Origin: Octopus vulgaris | Taxonomy: Eukaryota | DNA: 64,000 bases | Assembly: GCA_951406725.2 (NCBI GenBank) | Contig: OX597824.1 | Span: forward strand, 28,830,001 to 28,894,000 | Reading direction: 5' to 3' | Translations under genes and position numbers: made by a program | In this document: piece after piece, positions 1-12,874 of the stretch | Layout: each line of letters begins with the position of its first letter | How positions within the stretch are numbered: the first letter of the stretch is position 1 | The notes under the pieces: generated by a model | The model's input: only the letters and a program-made list of their open reading frames with translations | Told to the model about the DNA's origin: nothing | The model's database searches: none

Positions 1-22
1 ATATACGAATACATCTGTATGA

Positions 23-67
<45 letters not shown>

Positions 68-302
68 CGTTTCTCACGCATCATAAGCACGTGGGTATAT
101 AATCATGCATTGAACAAAAATATAGATTTATCTTTATAGACTCCTGATTACCTGATTTCGAATCATACGCATTAATACCTTCATAAGCACACACTCATAT
201 GCATTCATGAATATTTACATACCTACACACACACACACATACACAGGTAAGTACACACTATGTAAATATATGCATATATATATATACATATAAATATATA
301 CT

Positions 303-334
<32 letters not shown>

Positions 335-426
335 TATACATATATACATATATACATATATACACACATATATATATGGATACATATATATTTGTACATA
401 TATACAAAAATATGAATATTAATGTA

Positions 427-520
<94 letters not shown>

Positions 521-533
521 TATATTTATATAT

Positions 534-590
<57 letters not shown>

Positions 591-610
591 CATACATACA
601 TATATATAAT
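1..610. repeat. (TA)n/(CA)n microsatellite cluster
   Basis: Long TA runs with CA/TACA interruptions; source of the YI/IY pseudo-ORFs. Confidence 0.95.
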
Positions 611-1332
611 GACTTTTCGTATATACATGCAATATCATGCAAACGCATATTTATAGATTAAACAACGGATTCTTTTGAACAATTCATTTCGTGACTTCCT
701 TTATTAATATCAGATCCTCGGGAGTTTTCATGTGTTTCAGACATCGTTTTTTGCTACCCTTCTTCCGCCATGTCATTCCCCTTTTACTAACGTATTAAAC
801 TTAGACATTTTTTTTTTTTACCATAAAATCTCATTCACCAGCATTATTTTACAAGAATCACAGAATCTAGTACAGTTTTTCATTATATTTTTATATTCAT
901 TATTTCTATATTATTTTTATTATTTTTCAAATTGAATTTATTTATTTGCATGTTTATTTCTTTATTTCTTTATTTATTATCGATATTGGTATTTCTCTTC
1001 GTTTTCTTGTTTTTGTTTTTTGGGGTTTTTTTTTTTTTTTTGGTGAATTCGCTTCTGTTTAATTCTGTTTTTTTATAAATTAAAGACTCATTGAATAGAT
1101 CCAGAATTATTAATAACAACAGTAACTGTGATTGTGACGTATTTAGGTGTGGGAGTCTGTGTGTGTGTGTGTGTGTGTGTGTTTGTGTGTATATGTGTGT
1201 ATTTGTGTGCGTGCGCGTGTGTACGGAAATAATATATATGCGTATGCATATAACCATATCTATAGATGCCATTGTATAAGGGTTACAGTAAATGTCTCAC
1301 TCTCTCTTTCTCTATCTCTCCCTCTCTCTATT

Positions 1333-1371
<39 letters not shown>

Positions 1372-1402
1372 ACATACATACATATAGATAGATATATGGT
1401 TG

Positions 1403-1456
<54 letters not shown>

Positions 1457-1648
1457 CATATAATATATGTGTGCATATATGTAAGTAAATCTATATTCAT
1501 ATATGAATATATGTATGTATATATGTATGCATGTATGCATGTATGTATGTATGTATGTATGAATATATATATATATTCATATATGAATATAGATGTACAT
1601 ACATATATTTTATATATATACATATTTATATTACATGTATATATATGC

Positions 1649-1685
<37 letters not shown>

Positions 1686-2561
1686 GTATATATATATAGG
1701 TATGTATGTGTATGTCTATACATATGTGTGATAAATTAATATATATAAACATTTTCATACATGTATATATATATATAAAAAAACATACTTGTATATATAT
1801 ATATATATATATATATATGGATATAATATAATATATGTGTGTATGTATTACACATACATGTATGTTTATGGATGTGTTTATATTCATATTATATTCATAT
1901 GTAGATATGTGTGTATACATACGCACGTTTGAGTGTTCAGTTTTTATTATCTTTCTGATAGTATACCAGAATGCAAGTAAATATAGGCGTGCTTATTGTA
2001 TATACATAAACTGCTATAATAAATATTTTTAAAGGTTATGTATTGATACAAATGTTAAAAACTGGAGAGAGAGAGAGAGATTGAGAGAGAGAGAGAGAGA
2101 GAGTGAGAGACATTTTTTCAGTATGAAATTCAATTCTGTTTGACATATATATGTGTGTGTGTGTGTGTAAGTGTGTGTGTGTGTGTGTGTGTGTCTGTGT
2201 CTGTGTGTGTGTGTTAAAGTCGATGTCTTTGGAAGTGTATGTATGTAATGCCATATGAATAGTACATAATTAAATTTATAATTTTGTTTGAGAATTTATA
2301 AGCGGATAGATAGATAGATAGATAGATAGATACATACATACATACATACATACATACATACATACGTACATAAATATATGCATCCTTGCATACAAACATA
2401 TACATATATATACAATTATCTCTGCATATATACCTATAGGTCTCTTTATTAATCTATCTCTCTATCTATTTATGGAAATAGAAAGAAAGAATGATAGATA
2501 GATGGATATGCATATATTTATGAAGATGCACAGACATATATATCTATATATGTATATAAAC

Positions 2562-2600
<39 letters not shown>

Positions 2601-2944
2601 CACTCACACCTATTTGTAAACAGGTGTGTATACATAGAAATATATTTACATATATTTGTATAAATGCATGAAATATATGCATGTATGTATTTATATGTGT
2701 AGATGCATACATATGTGTGTATCTGTGTGCTTGTGTAAGTATGTGTGTATGTATGTGTGTGTGTTTTTGTGTATGTTTGTATATGTGTGTGTATATATAT
2801 ATATGTACTCATATATATAAAACGAGAGAGGGTGACAGAGACGGAGAGAAACAGAGCAAGAGACAGACAGACAGACAGACAGACATCAGACAGATATAGT
2901 TATATACATACGCACGTATATCTATGCATGTATGTATACACACA

Positions 2945-3060
2945 ATTTATCCCTAATTAGTGGTTTGGACTTTAGCTGTTCCTTCTAGCGTAAGGGAGTC
3001 CTATGATGGATACCTCTTAATGTCTTTAAATGTATACTATATTTTATATGAATAATATAT
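2945..3060 (+). mobile_element. Fragment of the fold-back repeat family at 8738-9050 (probable PLE terminal repeat)
   Basis: tttatccctaat...actttagctgttccttctagcgt...ggatacctctta...tttaaatgta matches the right arm at ~8952-9060. Confidence 0.7.
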
Positions 3061-3189
3061 AGTCTATTGACTAATTTTTTTCTATAATATAGGCCACTGG
3101 TAGTACAAATTTCTAAAGCCTTTATTACCCTGACGTTATTAATTATTTACGTATACATGTATATATGATGTGGGTAGGTAAGTAGATCA

Positions 3190-3385
3190 CTCTAGGACAT
3201 TTACTCCCCCCCTAAACGACAATAACCACACCCACCAAGGACAATTACTCCTTAGGACAACGGTTGGTGATTTAAAACTTCTTAATATATTGGCGTGGGG
3301 GTATTTAACCTACGGTAAAGGGTGTAATTGTCCTATGAGATTATCGTCGGAGGAATTGTCCTAGTGGGGGTAATTGTCCTGATAC
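3190..3385. mobile_element. MITE-like element with inverted subterminal repeats
   Basis: ggacaattactcc-like motifs on the left mirror taattgtcct motifs on the right, ending gggggtaattgtcctgatac. Confidence 0.45.
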
Positions 3386-4038
3386 AAAGTAGAGAGATAG
3401 GTATCTATGTAGGTAGGTAGGTAGGTAGGTACGTACGTACGTAGGTACGTAGGTAGGTACGTAGGTAGGTAGGTAGGCAGGCAGGTAACTCGGTAGGTGG
3501 GTAGGTAGGTAGGCAGGTACGTAGGTAGGTACGTAGGTACGTAGGTAGGTAGGTACGTAGGTACGTAGGTAGGTAGGTAGGTAGGTAGGTAGGTATATAA
3601 GTAGGTAGGTAGGTAGGTAGGTAGGTAGGTAGGTAGGTAAGAATGTTGGTTGGTACATATTTGTCTTTGTATGTATGTATGAGTGTATGTATGTATGTAT
3701 GTATGTATGTATGTATGTGTATGTATGTATGTATGTATGTATGCATGCTGCATGTATGTATGTATGTATGTATGTATGTATGTATGTATGTATGTATGTA
3801 TGTATGTATGTATGTATGTATGTATGTATGTATGTATGTATGTGTATTTAGGCATATATATATTTAAGTATGTATAATATTTCAACCACATTTCACGAAA
3901 TATGGAAGGTGAGTACAGAAATGTGAAATGTAAGTTCCATATAAACTGAGACTATTCTGACAATTACAACGAAAACCTTGTTCCCTATGTAATTATGTAT
4001 TTTCGAATGCATGTATGTACGTATTAATGTAAGAATGC

Positions 4039-4071
<33 letters not shown>

Positions 4072-4373
4072 TGTATGTATGTATGTATGTATGTATGTAT
4101 GTATGTATGTATGTATGTATGTATCTATGTATGTATGTATGATGTATGTATACATGTATATATGTATTTAAGTATGTATGTAAGTATATTTATACCATGA
4201 TGTGTACATATATTCCAAAAAATATATACGCTATGTACATGCACACATATAGCATAATGAGATTAATACAGCTTTATTCTACGTTAATCTGTTTTTAATG
4301 AGATTGTTTTAGATAAATTTTTTTTACAAAAAAGGTGTACACATTTTATAAAATTAGATCAAGAAATTTATCT

Positions 4374-4408
<35 letters not shown>

Positions 4409-4602
4409 CATGTGTGTATCTGTGTATATGTGTGTGTGTGTTGTGTGTGTGTGTGTGTGTGTGTCTACTGTTTGTAAAGTACGTGTATATTTATATTATG
4501 TGTGTGGGCGGCGGTGTTTATGTGTACGTACATATAAATACATCTATACATATATCTATCTATCTATCTACCTATCTATCCATCTCTCTCCCCCTTTCTC
4601 CC

Positions 4603-4698
<96 letters not shown>

Positions 4699-4705
4699 GT
4701 ATTTT

Positions 4706-4805
<100 letters not shown>

Positions 4806-5030
4806 TACATATGTGTGTGTGTGTATGGAAATAGAATATCGATAGATTAATACATATAATATATATATATACATATATAAATATATGTCTTTGAGAATTT
4901 GGTTGTATGTCAGTAGGTATATATATATAGGTAGGTAGGTAGATTGATAGATAGACAGACAGACACACAGACACACACACAGGCACACACACAGACACAC
5001 ACACACAGACACACACACAGACACACACAC

Positions 5031-5101
<71 letters not shown>

Positions 5102-5287
5102 CAGAAAAATTTGTAGGTAGATAAGAAGGTAGGTAGGTAGGTCTGTAGGTTGGTAGGTAGGTAGGTAGGTAGGTAATTGGTAGGTAGGTAGGTAGGTACG
5201 TAGGTAGGTAGCTATCTAGCTAGCTAGGTAGGTAGGTAGCTAGGTAGCTAGGTAGCTAGGTAGGTAGCTAGGTAGATACATACATAG

Positions 5288-5364
5288 CCAGATTTGAACA
5301 GTCTCAAGTGTAACAGGCCGAAACTGTATGGATAATCTGGAAATCTGACTGAGGAGAAATGGCC
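5288..5364 (+). ncRNA. Non-circularly permuted hammerhead ribozyme candidate, family 1
   Basis: ccagatt(P0)-tga-acagTC^tcaag-tgtaaca-ggccGAAActgt-atggat-aatctgg(P0')-aaatctgaCTGAGGAgaaat-ggcc. All core nucleotides are present; stems III, I, II and P0 pair. Confidence 0.7.
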
Positions 5365-6312
5365 CATCATTTTTTCTCCTGTCCGTCTTAGTATCGTCTA
5401 TCTGTCCGGATGTTATATTATAGTCTGTCGCGTTCTACTTCCAGATTTTTGGATATGTATATATGTATAGCCAAAACGCCATAACACTGCAGTATTCGTT
5501 CTGAGAATGCATGTCGTAAAGTGCTCAATAATATAGAAGTATTAATGGCAGACGAAAACTGTCCAGTACTGTCTGTGAAACTATAAGACGACCTGATTTC
5601 TTCGTTTTTGCATGTTCTGTAGCAGGTATCTACTATCACTCCATGCTAATCAAAACTTCGTCTCTAGTAGTGTATAGAAATAAACATTGATTAATCAGCC
5701 ATCTGTGGGACTTATTTAACTGTAAGAACTTATTTATGCTGTAAGAACGCTTAAAACTGCAATATTCCTAATCTCTTATAGTCCGATTTGCAAATCTTTC
5801 AACTCCGTTACCCTAATGTTGTCCAAAGAAAATACTGCCAATTTAAGGCCGAAACAAACTGAGTGTTCTGTCGCTACGGACTTTGCCATAGACCAGAAAG
5901 TTCTGGGACAAATATGTCTCTGCCTCTTGTTGATTGTTCTAAACATTCCACCAATTCACTACCTCAGATTAGCACTTTATTTTTCATCGACCCCCCATGG
6001 AATACAAAATGACTTATATGAGACTGAACTCAGAACGTAGGTCGTCACAACAATGTATTGTCTTTAATGTTATAAAATCTGTGTTAATTTGTTGCGTTTG
6101 AACAGTCTGTATAAAGATTGTCCGGTCTTGTGAAGACGTGAGGATTAGTGATTCAGGGATTGCAATCACGATCAGAAGATTGTAATTCTGATTCCCTGAT
6201 TGATAACCGTGTTTCTTGCAAACGTATAAATATGTGAGTGTAATTATAAAATCCACGGATTTAAGTGAAGTAAGTTCGACAGCTTCGAGCAGTCCGCGGT
6301 AGGTATATATAG

Positions 6313-6344
<32 letters not shown>

Positions 6345-6398
6345 ATGGAAATAGAATATCGATAGATTAATACATATAATATATGTATTAATCTATCA

Positions 6399-6558
6399 CA
6401 GGAGTGGCTGTGTGGTAAGTAGCTTGCTAACCAACCACATGTTTCCGGGTTCAGTCCCACTGCGTGGCATCTTGGGCAAGTGTCTTCTGCTATAGCCCCG
6501 GGCCGACCAATGTCTTTGAGTGGATTTGGTAGACGGAAACTGAAAGAAGCCTGTCGTA

Positions 6559-6605
<47 letters not shown>

Positions 6606-6818
6606 TTGTGGGTCTGTGTTTGTTCCCCTAGCATTGCTTGACAACCGATGCTGGTGTGTTTTCGTCCCCGTCACTTAGCGGTTCGGCAAAAAGAGACCGA
6701 TAGAATAAGTACTGGGCTTACAAGAAGAATAAGTCCCGGGGTCGAGTTGCTCGACTAAAGGCGGTGCTCCAACATGGCCGCAGTCAAATGACTGAAACAA
6801 GTAAAAGAGAAAAGAGTA
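6399..6818 (+). mobile_element. SINE family A (tRNA-derived head, CORE-like domain), near full length
   Basis: Head with B-box-like gggttcagtccc, CORE-like tcttgggcaagtgtctt, internal (TA)n(TG)n and (aagagta)n tail; more than 20 copies in the window. Confidence 0.9.
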
Positions 6819-6976
6819 ATATATATATATACATATATAAATATATGTCTTTGAGAATTTGGTTGTATGTCAGTAGGTATATATATAGGTAGGTAGGTAG
6901 ATTGATAGATAGACACACAGACATACAGCGTTCAGGGCCAATGATAATTTATTGGCGTCGCAGGCTGTTGGCTTTT

Positions 6977-7111
6977 CCAAGTTAACTCGCTGAAGATTTT
7001 ACTTGCATCACTTTTTCAATTTGGATTTTTAAACGCATTCACTTGGGTTGCTATGAATGCGTTTAAAAATCCAAAAGTGATGCAAGTAAAATCTTCAGCG
7101 AGTTAACTTGG
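6977..7111. repeat. Inverted repeat with ~55-65 bp arms, upstream of an HHR
   Basis: ccaagttaactcgctgaagattttacttgcatcacttt...tggatttttaaacgcattca pairs with tgaatgcgtttaaaaatccaaaagtgatgcaagtaaaatcttcagcgagttaacttgg. Confidence 0.9.
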
Positions 7112-7142
7112 AATTCCTTAACGACATATATAATTAAGGTAA

Positions 7143-7236
7143 CTTCAGTCTGGTGAGTAGCTGGTGGCTGAGTACAATTCGTTGAGTAATTATTACATCG
7201 GAGGATCTGCTAGCTAGGAAACATATGTAGTCGGGA
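7143..7236 (+). ncRNA. Degenerate type I hammerhead with long stem II
   Basis: CTGGTGA (A6G) g-tagctggtgg...ctgctagcta-g GAAAC atat GTA; stem I is weak; homolog at 16799-16878 (-). Confidence 0.55.
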
Positions 7237-7269
7237 TTTTACCTGCTCTGTGCTCCTTCAACTTGGATT

Positions 7270-7348
<79 letters not shown>

Positions 7349-7767
7349 GCGTGCGTGCGTACACACACACATTTAAATATATAGAAAGTGAGAAAGGCAA
7401 AAAGACAGATAGAACAGATAAGAGAGAAGAGAGATCTTCTATCTATATATATATATATTCTCTCCAGCATCGTATCTCCTCGATTTTCGGTACGACACGA
7501 AACACACCCTAACTTCAACTATGGATATTTTCTTATCAGCAATGCACTTTCCGAGGAACTTGATTGAGATTTCTTTGATCATTCGGATCCTTATTGTAAC
7601 TATATACATACTTGCATGTGTCTGTGTGTCTATGTTTATATATACGTGTGTGAGTGTGTGTATGTGTGTGTGTGCGCGCGCGCGTGTGTATGTTTAAATA
7701 TGGATGGATGGATTTATATATAAAAACAGATAGATAGATAGATAGAGATACAAATATATGTTTATAT

Positions 7768-7798
<31 letters not shown>

Positions 7799-7799
7799 A

Positions 7800-7952
7800 G
7801 TGAAGATTATTTGCCAACGTAATGTGGCAGTCTCGGTTGGGACGAATGTTACTGTTGTTTAACCCCAGGAAGCATCGTCTAGTATACTGACGACTAGTAT
7901 ACGACGCACAATCTGTGTTCTTATATTTTCGAACAGGGGGGTTTAGCACACT
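7800..7952 (-). mobile_element. Partial copy of the PLE-like terminal repeat family at 16560-16790
   Basis: Shared blocks gccaa..taat.tggcagtc, catcg.ct..., tcgaa.agggg; abuts (TA)n. Confidence 0.45.
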
Positions 7953-8185
7953 CACTCAGTACAAAGCGTGCGCGTATGTTTGCGTATGAATTATGCATGT
8001 ATGTTGATTTTAAAAAAAAAATTGTGCCATTTGATAAACAAACAAAATATCTCATACATTAATGGATTGATAGTTCGATACTTCTAAGCAGAGCATCATG
8101 TATATTTTAGTATTTTGGGGCTATCGAACATTGCATTTCATGTATATGTGTATGTGTGTATCAGTTTGTGTGTCTAGAAGCTTGT

Positions 8186-8283
<98 letters not shown>

Positions 8284-8284
8284 T

Positions 8285-8346
<62 letters not shown>

Positions 8347-8680
8347 TATAGCAGTAGAATATCCATAGTGCGTATTTCAGGATAGTAAAATTTTGCTGTC
8401 AAGGGAACTAACTCTAAGCAAAAATTTACAATTGTTATTTCCCTTCACCAAGAAATTATTTTTTTTGTACTATTGAAAAGTTTGACGATTTCTCATGTTG
8501 TCCCCTGCAGTTGCTTTCGCACTAAAACTAAGAGAAAGAGAGTTTGCAAAGAAATAGAACGGACGATGATGTTTCTCTTGAAAGGATGTTTTATTTATTA
8601 AAGTAAAAAGAAAGAAAATGACACTACTTCGGTTAAGAAATCACTACTTCGGTTTCAATTGATGTCTATCTATCAAACAA

Positions 8681-8737
<57 letters not shown>

Positions 8738-8740
<3 letters not shown>

Positions 8741-9050
8741 TACAGTGTACATTTAAACACATAAGAGGTATCCGTCATAGGATTCCCTTCACGCTAGAAG
8801 GAACAGCTAAAGTCCAGACCTGAATTAGGGATAAAAAATTACTCGAAGGGAAGGAAAAATAAAAAAGCATTTACCATCTATCACATGGAGCATGGTTTCC
8901 TTGGTCCAGGAGATAGATGGTAAATGTTTTTACTTTTCATTGCCTCCTAGTTTTTATCCCTAATAGAGGCTTGCACTTTAGCTGTTCCTTCTAGCGTGTA
9001 GGGAATCTTATGACGGATACCTCTTATGTGTTTAAATGTACACTGTATTT
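8738..9050. mobile_element. Fold-back element with ~145-bp inverted arms, PLE terminal-repeat-like
   Basis: aatacagtgtacatttaaacacataagaggtatccgtcata... is mirrored by ...tatgacggatacctcttatgtgtttaaatgtacactgtatt; flanked by (TA)n and (TATG)n. Confidence 0.75.
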
Positions 9051-9059
9051 ATATGAATA

Positions 9060-9094
<35 letters not shown>

Positions 9095-9216
9095 TGTATG
9101 TATGTATGTACGTATGTACGTATGTATGTATGTATGTATGTATGTATGTATGTATGTATGTATGTATATTAGTAAATATCTATGTCCTGCACAAATATAT
9201 AGCCTCTTCATCTGGT

Positions 9217-10400
9217 TTAGCCGGTAAGAGGTGTTAACTGCATGCTTTTCTGATTTTCTACGGAATTTTTGTTGAAAATTGTATAAATAGAAAAAGAGAT
9301 TTTAATAAATAATGTCAGAGAAAAATAGAAGACAATGATGGTAATTAAACAAACCGATGCATTTACAAACTCAAACTCAGGTTTTCTCATTTCGTAAAGC
9401 TCAAAGAAGAATAGAAATGAACGTATTCGTAATGTAAGCTGAGACATCGGCGATGGTATAAATTTGCATAACGCGAACCATAGCAAAGATATCTTTGTCA
9501 GAATCGAAAGTCACAGAAAAATTCTGAATTTCGGACAGGTCTGAGAAAAAAAACAATGGAGAAGTTAAAATAAGAGGAAATACAATATGGATACCTCGTG
9601 GAATATTCTTGCGCCTTCCTCGTCGATTTTATCGAGAAAAGAATTAGGAGAGTGGTATGCCTTAGGTTCTAGAGAAGAGGATAGATTTTCAGAGTACTTT
9701 CGAATGAACAAAGGAATCGCTGGTTCACGTGCGCTTCTACGCAGTTTCAATCTTCGAGGCAGTGCTTATGCAAATATATACCTGGTCTTAGAAACCGAAA
9801 CCGAAATAAATCAACAGACTCGGTAGTTCCCTATATCTCTGCGAAATATGGTAGTACCACAATATATGGAATAGTTTAATACAAAGATCACAGATAGGAA
9901 TATAGGTTCGGACCTTCATTCTTGGTGGGTTATAGCATTTATGACAGAGTAGGGGAATGTTATGGGCAGCTGAGTAAGCAGAAATAACAAGAATTTCGAG
10001 GAATTCTGCTCGGACCGAAAATCCGAAGCCATAAAATTCTTCAAGAGAAAAAAAAGCAATGTGCTTAATGGTGTAGGGAAGAAAGTGTAGCTGTTGTTTG
10101 TGTGGTAGTAAGAAGAGAAATGAAAGAGAGTGAGAAAGCGATGGAATGCAGCAGAATCATTGCCAGTAGCAACAGGAGCTGAAGCCACTCCGAGAATAAC
10201 CAAGGCCCTCACCTCGTCCTTGGTATCAGGAACCGGCAACCAGGAAGCTGACGACTAGTATACTAGGGATACCCGACTACTTTTACCTTCGATGTTCTTG
10301 AAGCAATCGGGAAGAAACTGAAGAAGAGCGAGCAGCACAAAATGTTGAGAACTTTAAAAGGACAAAGTAGAAACGATAAAAGAAAGCCATGATAATCGTG
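9217..10400 (-). pseudogene. Decayed coding remnant, possibly the N-terminal part of a Penelope-like ORF
   Basis: Fragmented minus-strand ORFs; LCKFIPSP resembles the GLKFxPtP motif upstream of PLE reverse transcriptases; 9661-9846 recurs inverted at 11055-11240. Confidence 0.35.
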
Positions 10401-10461
10401 GGCCTAATTAACAAGTAGCATGACTCTAAAAGCGAAATCGAGCATTCTGGATTGTAATCAT

Positions 10462-10641
10462 AGTTTCAAATTTTAGCGCAAGGCCAGAAATTTCGTGTAA
10501 GAGTTAAATCGATTACATCGACTCACCAGCGCTCAAGTGGTACGTATTTTATCGACCCCGGCGGAATTTGAACTCGGAACGTAAAGACAGACCATTAAGC
10601 ATTTTTCCGACGTGCTTACGATTCTGCCTGCTTGTTGCCTT
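10462..10641 (-). mobile_element. SINE family B, diverged
   Basis: atcgaccccg...gcggaatttgaactcggaacgtaaag matches the family B consensus. Confidence 0.75.
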
Positions 10642-11054
10642 ATATCTGACTAATGAGGAAGAAATGAGGCGAAGTTTTATGAGGCAGTGAGACTATAGTA
10701 TTAAGCTCAAGGAGAATACACATCCGTCATAGATATTTTATATCCTCGTATTGGATATATAATATAATGAAGCGGTGGAGAAGAAAGTATATACACGATG
10801 CACTACTGTTACTATTACACGAGACTCAACGCTCTATATCAACAAGCTCACAGTGAACTACTACCATGATGAACTGCCAATCACTCACAGTTCTTTACTT
10901 TATAATAATAAATCAGTCCACTTTTTAGTCATTTCTAGAGAACATTGGATGCTTTTATCACATCTGCATTATGAAATAATAACAGGGTGCTTTTGAGTAT
11001 ACCAAGTTCCAATATGAGGAACGAGGGACAAAGTTATAGAATTATCTTGCACAG

Positions 11055-11240
11055 TTTCGCAGAGATATAGGGAACTACCGAGCCTGTTGATTTATTTCGG
11101 TTTCGGTTTCTAAGACCAGGTATATATTTGCATAAGCACTGCCTCGAAGATTGAAAATGCGTAGAAGCGCACGTGAACCAGCGATTCCTTTGTTCATTCG
11201 AAAGTACTCTGAAAATCTAGCCTCTTCTCTAGAACCTAAG
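11055..11240 (+). repeat. Inverted duplicate of 9661-9846
   Basis: About 186 bp reverse-complement match with few mismatches. Confidence 0.9.
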
Positions 11241-11403
11241 TTACGTCCCCGTCACTTAGCGGTTCGGCAAAAGTGACCGATAGAATAAGTACTGGGCTTA
11301 CAAAGAATAAGTCCCGGGGTTGATTTGCTCGATTAAAGGCGGTGCTCCAGCATGGCCGCAGTCAAATGACTGAAACAAGTAAAAGAGTAAAAGAGTAAAG
11401 AGT
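11241..11403 (+). mobile_element. SINE family A, 3' half
   Basis: cgtccccgtcacttagcggttcggc...gactgaaacaagtaaaagagtaaaagagt. Confidence 0.85.
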
Positions 11404-11940
11404 TTCTTCCGCTTGGTGAGTTGGTTACTCCTTCCACAACAGATATACAACCGGGCTCTTGGTCGTCAGATCGAGGGTTATACTCCGGATTCACCATGCG
11501 CGTTGTGTTTTTCGGCAAAAAAAAATCCTCGTAACTCCTGTCCACTCAGAATGACAGGTTAGTGTGAAGATGTTTCAGCAGTGTTTACGAGACACGATCA
11601 AAAGCCTCCAGGCAGGTAGAGGGATGTATTAAGTGGGATGCTGAATTTCTGTTTTGCCTTTTTACTGTTGAAGATCACACTTTTGATCTCAGTACACAAC
11701 TGTTATATATGGAGAACATTGGATTTTTTTTTATCAAATCTGCGCTATGAAATAATAACAGGGCACTTCTGAGAGTACAAGTTCCAATATGAGGAACGAG
11801 GGACAAACAAAGTTATAGAATGCTCTCCCGCAACCTCTTCCGCACGATGGGTTTGTAACTGTAAAAGCTTTCTTCATCCAAATGATTATATCAATTGTAA
11901 TTACATGTGTTTCATAACATCACCTAATTATACCTGCCTT

Positions 11941-12432
11941 TTACCTTTTACTTGTTTCAGTCATTAGATCGCGGACATGCTGAAGCACCACACTGAAGAA
12001 TTTTTTAGCCGAACAAATCGACCGTAGTACTTTTTTTAAAGCCTGGTACTTATTCCATTGGTGTATTTTGACGAACCACTAAGCAATGGGGGCCTAAACA
12101 TGCCAACACCGGTTGTCGAACGGTAATAGGGACTAACACACATCCACACACACACACACATCCACACACACACACACATACATACATGAATACATACATA
12201 CATATATATATATATGCATATATACATATATACATACACATACACTCACACACACACACACACTTACATACACATATATATATATGTTTCCGTCTACTAA
12301 AAAAATTCCACTCACAAGGCGTTGGTCAGCACCAAGCTATAGTAGAAATCACTTGCCCAAGGTACCACGCAGTGGGACTGATCCTGGAACCATGTGTTTG
12401 GGAAACAAAATTTCTCACCACACACCCATGTC
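11941..12432 (-). mobile_element. SINE family A, diverged
   Basis: ttttacttgtttcagtca...acttgcccaaggtaccacgcagtgggactga. Confidence 0.8.
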
Positions 12433-12491
12433 TACGTCCAGATGTTTAATTATATTGCGTAATTATAATAGTTCAATGTCTTAATATACCT

Positions 12492-12724
12492 TTTTCTTTA
12501 CTACCCACAAGGGGCTAAACACAGAGGGGACAAACAAGGATAGACAAACGGATTAAGTCGATTATATCGACCCCAGTGAGTAACTGGTACTTATTTAATC
12601 GACCCCGAAAGGATGAAAGGCAAAGTCAACCACGGCGGAATTTGAACTCAGAACGTAACGGCAGACGAAATACGGCTACGCATTTCGCCCGGTGTGCTAA
12701 CGTTTCGGCCAGCTCGCCGCCTTA
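12492..12724 (-). mobile_element. SINE family B (tRNA-derived head, Nin/Deu-like domain), full length
   Basis: Reverse complement aaggcggcgagctggc...gagttcaaattcc...gcctttcatcctttcggggtcgat...gtagtaaagaaa; gcctttcatccttt.ggggtcgat resembles the Nin domain; flanked by a ttaatatacc direct repeat. Confidence 0.85.
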
Positions 12725-12874
12725 ATGTCTTAATATACCGTGTAATGTCTCGGTAGCTCTCCTAGATCTTAGCTTGGTGGCGTAGCTCAAACGGCTTTGT
12801 ACTCTCTTTGTAATAAGACTCTTCTATATAGAATCGGGGTCTACAAAATAGATGAAATCCTCTTCAAGAAGCTT

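Noticed and set aside
5418-6300. Unique-looking segment with STLRHAF, like a tyrosine-recombinase motif
   Set aside because: Single short motif with no supporting catalytic residues in frame.
6399-6470. tRNA-like sequences at SINE heads
   Set aside because: Only A/B-box remnants; no intact cloverleaf.
6396-6674. Recurrent peptides such as [25 protein letters not shown] and [22 protein letters not shown]
   Set aside because: Antisense translations of SINE A copies, not a protein family.
10248-10275. CTGACGA followed by the ctagtatactag hairpin
   Set aside because: Followed by GGAT rather than GAAA, with no stem I or III.
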